Source of the DNA: an uncultured Bacteroidales bacterium
Lineage (GTDB): Bacteria; Bacteroidota; Bacteroidia; Bacteroidales; VadinHA17
Direction: 5' to 3'
DNA length: 64,000 bases
Assembly: GCA_963730615.1 (NCBI GenBank)
Contig: CAVSSR010000006.1
Span: forward strand, 488,389-552,388
Below are positions 53,695-64,000 of this stretch, in pieces; position 1 is the first letter of the stretch; each line of letters begins with the position of its first letter. The position numbers were made by a program, and so were the translations under genes. The notes under the pieces are model-generated. The model ran no database searches. It was not told the origin of the DNA and worked only from the letters and a program-made list of their open reading frames with translations.

Positions 53695-54447
53695 ATGATA
53701 ACAGCGGGTAATATTATTGCACTGTCGGTCATCATTTTCATTGCTTCGATTGTAAGAGGATTTACCGGTTTTGGTCTTGCACTTGTTGCAGTGCCTCTTA
53801 TACAGTTTTTTATGCCAGTCACAGACACGGCTGTCTTCATTGCTATGATCAATGTGATCTTTTCAGCTGCTCTATTTCCGCAAGTCAAAGGAAATAGTGA
53901 AAGGCCAGCCCCTGGGTGCGATGGCTGCCTGGACGGGAGTCAGGCGTTGCCGCAGGTACTGTGGTGCTCAAGTTTGTCAATCCTGCCTATATTCAGCTTA
54001 TATGGGGTGTGCTGATAATATTCATCGTTGTCTCACTGGTGCGCGGGCTGAACCTTCATATCAGGTCGGAAAAGGCAGCGCTGAAACTTCGGCGGACTGT
54101 TCGGTGGACTGCTCGCCGGTGCAACAGGCATCACTGGACCGCCGGTGGCTGTTATTCTTTCTTCCATGAAAACGCCGAAGGAAAAATTCAATGCAATTAT
54201 TTCCATCTTTATACTCTTTGCAGTTTCCTACGCACTCGTCTTCTACCTGATCACCGGACTGATCCGCAAAGAGATCGTTTTGCTGGCTCTCTGCTCCGTT
54301 CCGGCCCTTCTGGCAGGTCTTTATACCGGAGACAGGCTGGTGTCACGCATAAGCCAGAAGACCTTTACGACAGTAGTTTACATAGTTCTGGTAATCATGG
54401 GAGTTATAACATTATACAAGGGTGCGAAGGCACTCTTTGGATTTTAA
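53695..54447 (+). pseudogene. TauE/SafE-family sulfite/anion exporter, at least two frameshifts
   Basis: Fragments 53695..54015 (IVRGFTGFGLALVAVPLIQFF), 53916..54467 (frame-hopping middle) and 54145..54447. Confidence 0.7.
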
Positions 54448-54470
54448 TTCAGCAATGCTTCGGATAAGAA

Positions 54471-55088
54471 ATGTTATTCTCTGACACCTATAAAACAATT
54501 GCAGCTGAATCGAAAGGGCTTTTCAAGGATCGCGGCAGCAGGTTCATAGCAATTGCCAGACCTGTCTCTTCCCAGGAGGAGATTAAAACCATTCTTGAAG
54601 AACTGCGCAAGGAATATCATGATGCCAGGCACCACTGCTATGCCTGGATGCTCTCTCCTGACAGGCAGGCATGGCGTGTCAACGACGACGGTGAGCCGTC
54701 GGGCACAGCCGGCAGACCTATCATGGGACAGATAAACTCACGCGAACTGACAAACATACTGGTAGTGGTTATAAGATATTTCGGCGGAACGCTTCTGGGT
54801 GTCAGCGGACTTATCAATGCATACCGTTCAGCAGCTGAAGATGCACTGTCAAATGCCCGGATTATTGAAAAACAGGTGAATGAAAGCTGGCTTGTAACCT
54901 TCCCTTACACAGCCATGAACGATGTTATGAAAGTGATAAAGGATGAGGGCTGCAGTCAGCATTCCCACGATTATGGCGGGGAGGAATGTTCTGCTGAGAT
55001 TTCGTTCAGGGCCTTAAACACGGACAAAGTAACCGGTCGCCTGCGCAAAATTGCAGGGGTCACCCTGACATGGCTCCGGACAGAATGA
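54471..55088 (+). CDS. yigZ: YigZ / IMPACT-family protein
   Basis: Motifs KDRGSRFIAIARPV...DARHHCYAWML...DDGEPSGTAGRPIMGQI, the typical UPF0029 core. Confidence 0.85.
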   Translation: MLFSDTYKTIAAESKGLFKDRGSRFIAIARPVSSQEEIKTILEELRKEYHDARHHCYAWMLSPDRQAWRVNDDGEPSGTAGRPIMGQINSRELTNILVVVIRYFGGTLLGVSGLINAYRSAAEDALSNARIIEKQVNESWLVTFPYTAMNDVMKVIKDEGCSQHSHDYGGEECSAEISFRALNTDKVTGRLRKIAGVTLTWLRTE

Positions 55089-55180
55089 AACAGTTATTTT
55101 TAAATACTTTTAAACATCACTGATAAAAGCGCAATAGTTGTAATAAATTTGCCTGAACGCAGTAAGTAAAACATATCTTA

Positions 55181-56090
55181 ATGAAAACCAGAAGCTTAGT
55201 CTCAATTGATGATCTTACCACCGGTGAGATCATGAAGATACTGAAGCTTGCCGCGGAATTTGAAAAGGACCCCGTACAGGAGATCCTTCACGGCAAAGTT
55301 GTGGCAACACTCTTTTTTGAGCCTTCAACACGAACGCGTCTCAGTTTTGAAAGTGCTGTAAGCAAGCTCGGAGGGAAAAGTCATTGGTTTCACCGACTCC
55401 TCGACCTCAAGTGTCAGCAAGGGAGAGACGCTGAATGACACAATCAGGACGGTGAACAACTACGTCGACATGATAGTCATGCGTCATCCTATAGAGGGCA
55501 GTGCACGATATGCAAGTGAAATATCGACTGTGCCGGTGATAAATGCCGGCGACGGTGCCAACCAGCACCCTACCCAGACTTTACTCGATCTCTATTCCAT
55601 CCTGAAGACGCAGGGGAGCCTTGATAACCTGAACATCTGCATGGTCGGGGACCTGAAATACGGCAGGACAGTACACTCTCTTCTGATGGCCATGTCAAGG
55701 TGGAACACCTCGTTCAATTTTGTTGCACCCGAGGAACTTAAGATGCCTGATGAGTATAAACTCTACCTTGATAACCTGGGACTGAAATACAATGAGACTG
55801 CTGACCTCCAGGATGTGATCAACCAGGCTGATATTATTTATATGACGCGCGTGCAGAAAGAGCGGTTCTCAGATCCGATAGAATACGAGAAAGTAAAGAA
55901 TGCCTATGTGCTTCATGATCATATGCTTTCAGGCACCAAGCCGGGAATGAAGATTCTCCATCCTCTCCCGCGTGTAAACGAGATCAACCCCGATGTCGAT
56001 TCAAACGCCAAGGCTTATTACTTTGAGCAGGCACTCAACGGGGTCTACACAAGACAGGCAATCATCTGTACATTACTGGGACTAAAATAA
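55181..56090 (+). pseudogene. pyrB: aspartate carbamoyltransferase catalytic subunit, one frameshift at the A4 run 55376-55379
   Basis: Fragments 55181..55438 ([13 protein letters not shown]) and 55452..56090 (HPTQTLLDL...HPLPRVNEI). Deleting one A restores [35 protein letters not shown]. Confidence 0.95.
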
Positions 56091-56097
56091 AGAAGTC

Positions 56098-56565
56098 ATG
56101 AAGAACTTAAATGATCCGAAGCAACTGCTTGTCAGTGCTATTGAGAGCGGCACAGTCATCGATCATATACCTGCCAGCACACTCTTCAAGGTAATAAAGA
56201 TTCTCGGACTTGACAGGATAAGGAATCAGATTACCTTCGGAACTAACCTTGACAGCAAGACTGACGGCAAGAAGGCTATTATCAAGATAGCAGGCAAGTT
56301 TTTCGAGGACGATGATATTAACCGGATAGCCCTCGTGGCACCCAATGCAAAACTCAATATCATCAGAGATTATCAGGTCATTGAAAAACGGGTTGTAGCC
56401 GTTCCTGACACTATCACAGCCATAGCCAAGTGCATGAATCCCAAGTGTATCACCAACTTTGAGAAGGTAACCACACGGTTCAGGGTTGTCTCAAAGAAGC
56501 CTGTGGCGCTGAAGTGCCATTACTGTGAAAAGATCACCGACCAGGAAAGGATGGAGATCATCTGA
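56098..56565 (+). CDS. pyrI: aspartate carbamoyltransferase regulatory subunit
   Basis: 155 aa. Motifs: VSAIESGTVIDHIP and the C-terminal Zn-binding Cys pairs CMNPKC...CHYCEK. It lies immediately after pyrB. Confidence 0.92.
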   Translation: MKNLNDPKQLLVSAIESGTVIDHIPASTLFKVIKILGLDRIRNQITFGTNLDSKTDGKKAIIKIAGKFFEDDDINRIALVAPNAKLNIIRDYQVIEKRVVAVPDTITAIAKCMNPKCITNFEKVTTRFRVVSKKPVALKCHYCEKITDQERMEII

Positions 56566-57013
56566 GACGGTCATATGATCTGACCATCAGATCATCCTTG
56601 AGTATAGAACGGTAAGCCAGCCAGGCAAGGATGGCTGAAACCAGGGGAAAGACAGCCTTAACCTGCCAGATAACAGTTATTTCCATCTTCCTGTCAAACA
56701 TGATGATATAAAACGCTCCGAGAATGAGTGTGCCGAGTGACAACAGCAGCACCAGCATCGTGACCCGCATCTGAAGCTGCCTCCTTTTAAAAAGAAATAT
56801 AGCAATCAGCGCCAGCAGCGGTACAATGACCAGAATCACGGTAAGAGGCCAGAGATGCTGAATGATCTCCCCTCCTTTTTCTCCGAGACCGGCAAAACTG
56901 ATTGTGAACACTGTACCGGTACCGTTATCCATCCTGACCAGGTCACCTGTAAACATTAGTCCTGACAAAACAAGAATGGCAATCAGAAATAAAGTCTGAA
57001 TCCTCTGTATCAT
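56558..57013 (-). CDS. DUF4293 family membrane protein
   Basis: The likely start is the ATG at 57013 (MIQRIQTLFLIAILVLSGLMF...), followed by four TM segments. The 3' end overlaps pyrI convergently by 8 nt. Confidence 0.7.
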   Translation of the reverse strand: MIQRIQTLFLIAILVLSGLMFTGDLVRMDNGTGTVFTISFAGLGEKGGEIIQHLWPLTVILVIVPLLALIAIFLFKRRQLQMRVTMLVLLLSLGTLILGAFYIIMFDRKMEITVIWQVKAVFPLVSAILAWLAYRSILKDDLMVRSYDRLR

Positions 57014-57232
57014 GTTAATATTCAAATAAATAATTAAAATGAAATCTTTGAAATTCCGTAAGTCAAGGTAATATAAAATTTTCAAAAGGGAATTGTTTGA
57101 CCGTAACTTACATAGTTATATCACCGGAGTTCCGTAAAAATTCATCAACAAAATGAAACAGCTAGCTCCGGAAGAAAACCGGTTGTTTTAGGGATAACAT
57201 TTTTTGTATTTTTGCAGCTTATTCATAACGAT

Positions 57233-58099
57233 ATGAAACAAACTGAACTGATAGTGAACCCTGACGGATCAATTTTTCATCTGCACCTTCTTCCGGGCGA
57301 TATTGCAGACAACATAATCATTGTTGGTGATCCGGAGCGGGTGGAAATGATAGGCGAAATGCTTGATTCTGTGAGCGTAAGGAAGAGCAACAGGGAGTTC
57401 AGCACCAGTTACAGGCAGCTATCATGACTTGCGAGATAACTGTAATTTCCTCAGGGATCGGTTGTGACAATATAGACATAGTTCTCAATGAGCTTGACGC
57501 TCTCGCCAACATTGATCTGGCGACAGGGGTGGCGGTAAATGAGCCACGCTCATTAAACTTCGTCAGGATCGGTACCACCGGCGGACTGCAGGGAGATATA
57601 CCTGCCGGTTCATTTATCGCCACTGGCAAAGCTGTAGGCTTTGACGGGGTGCTGCATTTCTATGAAGGATACGAATGGTGCATTGATCACATGCTTGCCG
57701 ATGCTCTTGCCAGTCACCTTGAGTGGCCTGATACCCTGGCTTACCCGTACGCCGTGGAGGCTGATGCCAGCCCTGCTTGACAAGGTCGCAGCCGGAATGC
57801 GAAAAGGTATCACCATATCGTCTCCCGGCTTTTACGGCCCGCAGGGACGCAGACTGAGACTGGAACCGTTTGACAACGAGATAAATGATAATATCGGTAC
57901 TTTCCGTTTCAGGGGAGAATGCATAACTAACTATGAGATGGAGAGTTCTGCGATATACGGTCTCGCAAAACTTTTAAATCACAAGGCACTCACAATATGT
58001 GTGGTGATAGCCAACAGGGTTACCGGGGAGTTTCTCTCAGATTACAAACCAGCCATGAAGACGCTTGCACAGCACGTGCTTGACGCCATCAGCTCCTGA
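57233..58099 (+). pseudogene. nucleoside phosphorylase (PNP/UDP family, uridine-phosphorylase-like), two frameshifts
   Basis: Fragments 57212..57427 (ATG 57233, IIIVGDPERV), 57424..57780 (VRIGTTGGLQ) and 57641..58099 (NYEMESSAIYGLA). Confidence 0.75.
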
Positions 58100-59249
58100 A
58101 TACTTCAATTATTTCCTGCAGAATTGTTACTGCAGCCTTTCCGTCTCCGTAAAAGCCCGGGAATTTCAGGGATTCCTTATTATGCATGAAGTATTCCCAT
58201 GCCGCAGTTATCTTTCCGGGGTCAGCGTCGGCCAGCATGACGGTACCATTCTTCACAAGCTCGACCCACTCCGTCTCTTTTCTCAACACGACAGACGGTT
58301 TTGAAAAGAAATGACTCTCTTTCTGCACACCGCCTGAATCCGTGATGACCATCACGGCCTTTTTTTCCAGCAGTATCATCTCCAGGAATGAAACAGGACG
58401 TATGACCCTTGTCAACTGATTACCTGACAGCTTCCCGTAGAGGACAGGCACCTTATCACGCAGAGCTATGAGTGTTCTTGGGTGGAGGGGCATGACCATG
58501 GTCATCTGGTTCTTTTCGGCCAGATCCATCAGTGTACTGAAGATTGCTGTAAGTCGACCGATGTCGTCAGTGTTTATTTCACGGTGAATAGTGACCAGAA
58601 CAAACTCGTCTCCGGAGAGGCCCATCTTATCAATAAAATCATGTTTCTTCCTCTCTGCCAGACCGGCATAGAAGAGGCTGTTGTCGTACATGATGTCGCC
58701 TGTAAGAACCATCCTGGGGTTGTTGATGCTGTAGGGCGCCACATTCTCGGGACGGAAGCCTTCGGCCATTAAATTCTTGAAAGCCGTGTTTGTGGATGCG
58801 AACAGCAATGTGGAGGCATGATCTGCCACGATACGGTTAAGCTCTTCAGGCATTGTTTTGTTGAAAGACCTCATGCCTGCTTCAATATGAACTACCGGGT
58901 AGTGCTGTTTGGAGGCGGCAAGAGCCGCAGCAAGAGTTGAATTGGTATCTCCGTAGATGACTATACAGCCAGGCTTTTCATTCAGGATCACTTCTTCAAT
59001 ACGCTCCAGTATCAGACCTGTCTGACGGCCATGCCTGCCTGACCCTACCTGAAGATTATGATCAGGCTTCCTTATCTCCAGCTCATCGAAGAAGACTTCC
59101 GAAAGTTCCCTGTCATAGTGCTGGCCCGTGTGGATAATTACTTCATCTATTTTGTCGGCAAATTCACCGGCAACGGCACGGCTTATGGCTGATGCCTTTA
59201 TTATTTGCGGCCTGGCGCCGACAATATTCAGTATTTTCAGTTTTTTCAT
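58089..59249 (-). CDS. wecB: UDP-N-acetylglucosamine 2-epimerase (non-hydrolysing)
   Basis: 386 aa. Motifs: [22 protein letters not shown]...HTGQHYD...[14 protein letters not shown]...DSGGVQKE. Confidence 0.9.
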   Translation of the reverse strand: MKKLKILNIVGARPQIIKASAISRAVAGEFADKIDEVIIHTGQHYDRELSEVFFDELEIRKPDHNLQVGSGRHGRQTGLILERIEEVILNEKPGCIVIYGDTNSTLAAALAASKQHYPVVHIEAGMRSFNKTMPEELNRIVADHASTLLFASTNTAFKNLMAEGFRPENVAPYSINNPRMVLTGDIMYDNSLFYAGLAERKKHDFIDKMGLSGDEFVLVTIHREINTDDIGRLTAIFSTLMDLAEKNQMTMVMPLHPRTLIALRDKVPVLYGKLSGNQLTRVIRPVSFLEMILLEKKAVMVITDSGGVQKESHFFSKPSVVLRKETEWVELVKNGTVMLADADPGKITAAWEYFMHNKESLKFPGFYGDGKAAVTILQEIIEVFRS

Positions 59250-60803
59250 TTCGCGTAATTTACAGCTCTTGTCTCCCTGATGACAGTGATCTTTATCTGT
59301 CCCGGGTAAGTCATTTCATCCTGTATCTTACGTGCAATTTCAAAAGAAAGATTTTCTGTATCCTTGTCTGACACCTTGTCTGCTCCTACTATCACTCTCA
59401 GCTCTCTTCCGGCCTGTATGGCATACGACTTTGTAACTCCGGGGTAATTGAGTGCCAGGGACTCGAGCTCATTAAGTCTTTTAATGTATGATTCAATCAC
59501 TTCACGTCTTGCTCCGGGACGTGCGCCTGATATGGCGTCACAGACCTGAACTATGGGTGCAATGAGGGTGGTCATCTCGGATTCGTCGTGGTGTGATCCG
59601 ATTGCATTTATTACTTCAGGTTTTTCCTTGTATTTCTCAGCCAGCTTCATGCCAAGTATTGCATGCGGAAGTTCAGGCTCATCATCAGGCACTTTGCCAA
59701 TGTCATGCAAAAGACCTGCCCTTTTTGCCAGCTTCGGGTTCAGACCGAGTTCTGAAGCCATGATAGCACAAAGATTGGCTACCTCGCGTGAGTGCTGCAG
59801 AAGGTTCTGTCCGTATGATGAACGGTATTTCATCTTGCCTACAAGCCTGATAAGCTCAGGATGAAGGCCATGAATTCCAAGGTCAATTGTAGTGCGTTTT
59901 CCGATCTCGACAATTTCTTCTTCTACCTGTTTACGTGTTTTCTCAACTATCTCTTCAATGCGGGCCGGGTGTATCCGTCCGTCAGTAACGAGCTGATGAA
60001 GAGACAGACGTGCAATTTCACGACGAACGGGATCAAAGCCGGACAGCACAATGGCCTCCGGGGTGTCATCAACGATTATCTCAACACCTGTCGCTGCCTC
60101 GAGAGCCCTGATATTACGGCCTTCCCTGCCTATGATGCGGCCTTTTATCTCGTCAGAATCAATATGAAAGACTGTTACTGCATTTTCAATGGCTGTTTCG
60201 GCAGCCACTCTCTGAATGGCCATTACAACGACACGCTTGGCCTCTTTGGTGGCCGTCATCTTGGCATCGTCAAGTATCTCATTGATGTAAGACATGGCAC
60301 CGGTGCGGGCCTCTTCCTTGAGTGATTCCATCAGCTGGTTCCTTGCATCTTCAGCCGACAGTCCTGAGATAGCCTCGAGCTGTTCAACCTGCTGGCGGTG
60401 CAGCTTTGAAACTTCTTCTGATTTCTTGTCAAGCAGTTCTACCTGCTGTGTCAGACTGTCCCTGATGGCATCGACCTCATTTTTCTTCCGCTGAGTCTCT
60501 TCCAGTTTCTGTGAGAGGGCAAGCTCTTTCTGTTTTGTTCTGTTCTCTGCCTGGTTGATCCGGTTATTTTTCTCATTGATAACCTTCTCATGTTCAGCCT
60601 TAAGCTGCAGAAAACGCTCTTTAGCCTGAAGTATTTTCTCCTTCTTGATCACCTCGGCTTCAGCCTCAGCTTCAGTGATGATTTTCTTTCTTCTGGTACG
60701 CAGAACCACCTGCCACAGGTAATATGACAGTCCTGTTCCTGCGATAAGGGCAATTCCGCCGATGGCGATGTTTATCCCGGTTATATATAGCTCCTATGAT
60801 CAT
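59246..60803 (-). pseudogene. rny: ribonuclease Y, one frameshift in the N-terminal TM-encoding region (about 60780-60790)
   Basis: ORF 59246..60709 has a coiled-coil, a KH domain ([15 protein letters not shown]) and an HD domain ([10 protein letters not shown]). ATG 60803 gives MIIGAIY, and the next frame then continues [34 protein letters not shown]. Confidence 0.92.
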
Positions 60804-60853
60804 AAAGTTTAAGTTAATTATATAAAAAAACCCGCAAAGTTTCTCCAACTTTT

Positions 60854-60990
60854 AAAAAAACCCCATATCTACATGGCTGAAGCGGCCGAATTACTTTGAA
60901 CGTCCACTGCCCCCGAAGGAGTCCCGACGAATCGGGATGAGGCCTGTCCTTGGCAATCCAAGACCATCTTCAAAGTACAAATTGTTGAGT
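60854..60990 (-). ncRNA. candidate structured small RNA or rny leader between zapA and rny (6S/SsrS-like by synteny only; identity unproven)
   Basis: An 8-bp closing helix (60893-60900 with 60969-60976) encloses three hairpins. Read on the minus strand these are CTTGG-ATTG-CCAAG, CCCGA-TTCG-TCGGG and CTCC-TTCG-GGGG, the last being a cUUCGg-type tetraloop only on the minus strand. Minus-strand T-runs follow (plus-strand A-runs at 60854-60860 and 60823-60829). No credible ORF is present. The boundaries are approximate. Confidence 0.35.
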
Positions 60991-61049
60991 TTTCAAAATG
61001 AAATAGAGAAACAATGCGGGCAATATCCTGCTATTTTAAAGAACGCGTA

Positions 61050-61340
61050 TTATCTTTTTGACAGACAGAGGTCGATTTTATCACACAACTCCTTCAGTCC
61101 TTCCACCACTGTTGAATCTTCCTCCTTCTCTTCTATCTCTATGAGCCTGATAACGTATTGCAGGGCAGCCATCGCCAAAAAATCCTGTGTGTCCTTATCA
61201 ACATAGCGCTGTTTATACTGCAGCACTTTTTCATTGATCAGCCGGGCCGCCTTCCGGATACGTTCTTCATTTTCACCTTCCACCTTCAACGGATAATATC
61301 TGTCGGCCACATTAACCCTGATCGAAAGTTTATCATCCAT
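61050..61340 (-). CDS. zapA: cell division protein ZapA
   Basis: 96 aa: MDDKLSIRVNVADRYYPLKVEGENEERIRKAARLINEKVLQYKQRY..., the typical ZapA pattern. Confidence 0.85.
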   Translation of the reverse strand: MDDKLSIRVNVADRYYPLKVEGENEERIRKAARLINEKVLQYKQRYVDKDTQDFLAMAALQYVIRLIEIEEKEEDSTVVEGLKELCDKIDLCLSKR

Positions 61341-61349
61341 TGTTATATA

Positions 61350-61652
61350 TTATCTGTCTAAAAGAGCAATACATTTATCTATCTCCCGCACAAGTTCACT
61401 CACTCTCTTCCTTGCCTTCGCGGCATCGTCTCCGTTCCCGAGGACAGCCCCCGTGAACTTCGCTCTTTCATATCTTGTCTGAAGCTCCTTTACTTCTTCA
61501 TTTTTTTCCGCCAGTTGTCGTCTGACATCTGACAGTTCATTTTTAAGATCCGCTGCCAGCTCTCTCAGTTTTTCATGCTCTGAAACCAGGGCTTCCACTG
61601 ATCTTCTGAGCAAAAGATATTCCTCATATCCCTTTGCGTTCATAACCGACAA
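61350..61652 (-). CDS. hypothetical coiled-coil protein upstream of zapA
   Basis: 100 aa with heptad-rich sequence (EHEKLRELAADLKNELSDVRRQLAEKNEEVKELQTRYERAK). It is co-oriented with zapA, 9 nt upstream. Confidence 0.5.
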   Translation of the reverse strand: MSVMNAKGYEEYLLLRRSVEALVSEHEKLRELAADLKNELSDVRRQLAEKNEEVKELQTRYERAKFTGAVLGNGDDAAKARKRVSELVREIDKCIALLDR

Positions 61653-61757
61653 CTATAATGGCAAAAATAACATTTTTTTAACTCTTTTCAAAAAAATAAC
61701 GGCATTAAGTTTGCCCTTTTGGTGCGGAAACTTAGTTTTGCAAATCTGTACGAAACC

Positions 61758-63473
61758 ATGAATAAAAGAATATTACTCCTCGCTGCCGGTATAACATTTG
61801 CACTGAACATAAGTTCACAAAATCCGAAGGAAAAGCTTTTCCTCAGCCCGTTGAAGGATGAGCCGTCTCTCTCAGCAAGTTTTGCAGAGCTGAGAAATGA
61901 TCATTTTCATTCCGGGCTGGATTACAGGACCGGCGGAGTGACCGGCAAGGAGGTGATGAGTGCCGCAGACGGTTATGTATACCGTATCGCCGTCAGTCCG
62001 TCCGGGTTCGGCAGGGCTGTTTATATACGTCATCCGTCAGGTTATTCAACGGTTTACGCCCACCTGAAAAGCTTCCGGCCTGATATCGAGGAGTATGTGA
62101 AGAAGAAACAGTACGAACAGAAGAGCTTCAGCGTCTCTCTTTTCCCTTCCGGGGAACAGTTTAAGGTCAGTAAGGGAGAAGTGATAGCCTGGTCAGGCAA
62201 CAGCGGAGGATCGTCAGGTCCCCACCTGCACTTTGAAGTGCGTGATTCAGCAACCGAGGAAACACTGAACCCGCTGAGCTTTGACATGGGGGTGGCTGAC
62301 AGAACCAGGCCGGTGATAGATAAAATATTCCTCTACCCTGTTAACAGAAACTCATCGGTGAACAAGGGCCATAACCGGCTGACTCTTAAAACTGTTGCTG
62401 CAAACGGCTCTTATACTCTTCCTGCAGGCAGTGTTCCGGTCATTTACGGCCAGACAGGCATCGGCATAAAATGCTGGGATAGTTTTGACAACAGTTCCAA
62501 CAAGTGCGGGATCTATTCCATTGAAATGCTGGTTGATTCCGTTAAGGTGTACTGCTTCACCGCAGACCGGTTTTCGTTCAGCGAATCGAGATACCTCAAC
62601 AGCCATGTTGACTACAGGGCAAAAGTGACTGATAATGAATATATCCATAAGCTGTTTATCGAACCGGGCAACAGGCTGTCAATGTACAACTGCCGGGTTA
62701 ACAGCGGTGCGCTGAATTTCAGGGATGACCGCGAACACAGTGTCAGTATCATTGTGCGTGATGCTGCAGGCAACAGGTCATCGGCGTCATTCAGATTAAA
62801 ATCATTATCAGAGCCGCCTGTTCCACCGCTGGAGGTCAGCTGCAGCAAGGTAATTCCTTACAACAGGGCTTCCGATTTCACTGCTGACGGCCTCAGGGTG
62901 CACTTTCCTGCAGGGGCTCTTTATGACACGCTGTTCCTCGTCTATAATGTCAGGAGGGATATCCGTACCTTCCTTTCCCCGGTACACTCCGTTCATAATG
63001 AGACTGTAGCGGTGCACGACAAGTACAGGCTTTCAATACGGCCTGACACTGTCCTGGCAGGAAGGGAAGGAAAGATGTGCCTGGCAATGCTGAGCACGAA
63101 AGGGATTCCGTCATACGCAGGAGGGGATCTGCGGTACGGGTTTGTAAGTGCTGATGTCAACAGGCTTGGTGACTATGTGGTCACCATTGACACCCTGCCC
63201 CCATCGATAAAACCTTCTTTTGCCTCAGGTGCAAATCTGACAGGAAAACAATTGTTCACTGTAACCATAACTGATGAATTCTCAGGCATTAAAAACTATG
63301 ACACCATGATCGACGGAGTATGGGTACTGGCGGAGTATGATGCAAAGAACAACATCCTCATATACAGACCTGAGACACCGGTATTAAAAGAAAACACCCT
63401 TCATCAGATGGAGCTGACTGTCACCGATAACCGTGGTAACAGGTCCGTCCTGAAGAGTGAATTCAAATGGTAA
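61758..63473 (+). CDS. M23-family metallopeptidase (peptidoglycan endopeptidase-like) with signal peptide and long C-terminal beta-rich extension
   Basis: ATG at 61758 (MNKRILLLAAGITFALN). M23 motifs are HFHSGLDY and GNSGGSSGPHLHFEVR. Confidence 0.85.
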   Translation: MNKRILLLAAGITFALNISSQNPKEKLFLSPLKDEPSLSASFAELRNDHFHSGLDYRTGGVTGKEVMSAADGYVYRIAVSPSGFGRAVYIRHPSGYSTVYAHLKSFRPDIEEYVKKKQYEQKSFSVSLFPSGEQFKVSKGEVIAWSGNSGGSSGPHLHFEVRDSATEETLNPLSFDMGVADRTRPVIDKIFLYPVNRNSSVNKGHNRLTLKTVAANGSYTLPAGSVPVIYGQTGIGIKCWDSFDNSSNKCGIYSIEMLVDSVKVYCFTADRFSFSESRYLNSHVDYRAKVTDNEYIHKLFIEPGNRLSMYNCRVNSGALNFRDDREHSVSIIVRDAAGNRSSASFRLKSLSEPPVPPLEVSCSKVIPYNRASDFTADGLRVHFPAGALYDTLFLVYNVRRDIRTFLSPVHSVHNETVAVHDKYRLSIRPDTVLAGREGKMCLAMLSTKGIPSYAGGDLRYGFVSADVNRLGDYVVTIDTLPPSIKPSFASGANLTGKQLFTVTITDEFSGIKNYDTMIDGVWVLAEYDAKNNILIYRPETPVLKENTLHQMELTVTDNRGNRSVLKSEFKW

Positions 63474-63481
63474 ATGCCTGA

Positions 63482-64000
63482 TCAGAAAAGCTTCTCGGGG
63501 TAAATACCCTGATCAACCATTTTGCGAATGCTTTCAACGACAAAAGGTTTGTCCTCCCTATAGGTGACGCCAAACCAGCGGCTGTTGCTCCTCAGTATCT
63601 GAATGGTTATTTCGCCCTTCTTTACAAATTTGTCCAGCGAAGTTGGTATGTCAAGCTCTGCCTTCGGATCGCTTATTTTTTCCTGCAGGAAGTTTTTGAA
63701 CTCCATATTAAGATACTTGTAGCACGACGGTTTGAAGCCGAAAAGGTTCATTGAGACAATCTCTTCACCCGTGTACTGATGAACAACGCCCTGGGCATCA
63801 GGTGCAAAAACGCCGTCAGGTCTCTTTTCAATCCCGCGCGTTTCAACCATTGTCTCAAGGAAACCGTCTTTATTTACCTTGCAGATGCCACGGTTCACCT
63901 GGCCATGATCTGAAAGGGTGTTCCCCAGCCTGTATCCGACTATGCAGAAATTGGTGTCTGACTTGTCCTTTGTAAGGAAGTCGTAAAGCACATTGAATGA
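63482..64000 (-). CDS. NDP-sugar pyrophosphorylase-like nucleotidyltransferase, C-terminal part (N-terminus beyond the window edge)
   Basis: The ORF is open to the window end. The C-terminal region ...SNSRWFGVTYREDKPFVVESIRKMVDQGIYPEKLF resembles sugar-phosphate nucleotidyltransferases. The family assignment is tentative. Confidence 0.45.
   Translation of the reverse strand, partial: SFNVLYDFLTKDKSDTNFCIVGYRLGNTLSDHGQVNRGICKVNKDGFLETMVETRGIEKRPDGVFAPDAQGVVHQYTGEEIVSMNLFGFKPSCYKYLNMEFKNFLQEKISDPKAELDIPTSLDKFVKKGEITIQILRSNSRWFGVTYREDKPFVVESIRKMVDQGIYPEKLF

Noticed and set aside
60937-61206. ORF 60937..61206 (plus strand) in the zapA-rny spacer
   Set aside because: It overlaps zapA antisense and runs across the hairpin-rich spacer, with no family resemblance. 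A structured RNA on the minus strand explains the region better.

Overview
The window is a densely coded chromosomal segment that looks Bacteroidota-like. Supporting signs are a T9SS C-terminal sorting domain, DUF349, DUF4293 and DUF4105 proteins, a long-form YidC, a MoxR-DUF58 'Bat' arrangement, a GH92 mannosidase, a TonB-dependent receptor and zapA-rny synteny. About 55 protein genes are present, mostly on the minus strand up to about 52 kb, plus one tRNA-Arg(TCT), one cobalamin riboswitch and a candidate structured RNA between zapA and rny. I saw no rRNA, CRISPR array, transposase, integrase or phage genes. Most content is housekeeping: glpK, pyrG, pyrBI, yidC, rny, queE, wecB, trkH, zapA and a cold-shock protein. 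Three regions are more interesting. (1) At 38.9-46.9 kb, an unlisted 45-codon ORF encodes a textbook double-glycine-leader peptide. It sits with a C39-peptidase ABC exporter, an ECF-like sigma factor, a periplasmic TPR-CHAT caspase-like protease, a TPR anti-sigma-like membrane protein and a sensor-less histidine kinase. I read this as a candidate, apparently undescribed, peptide-signalling/protease/sigma circuit. (2) At 19.0-26.7 kb, a cobalamin-riboswitch-controlled btuB-btuFCD-type operon carries a T9SS-secreted trypsin-like protease translationally coupled inside it. (3) At 9.8-14.4 kb, two tandem paralogous fused LeuC-LeuD-type aconitase-family dehydratases lie behind an AraC regulator. 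One caveat applies throughout. Roughly 40% of the genes, including pyrG, glpK, pyrB and rny, are split by single-base frameshifts, and the three junctions I resolved to the base all lie in short homopolymer runs. This looks like assembly indel error rather than true gene decay. I therefore report such genes as one interrupted locus (type pseudogene, meaning 'as sequenced') and list the fragment ORFs in the evidence.
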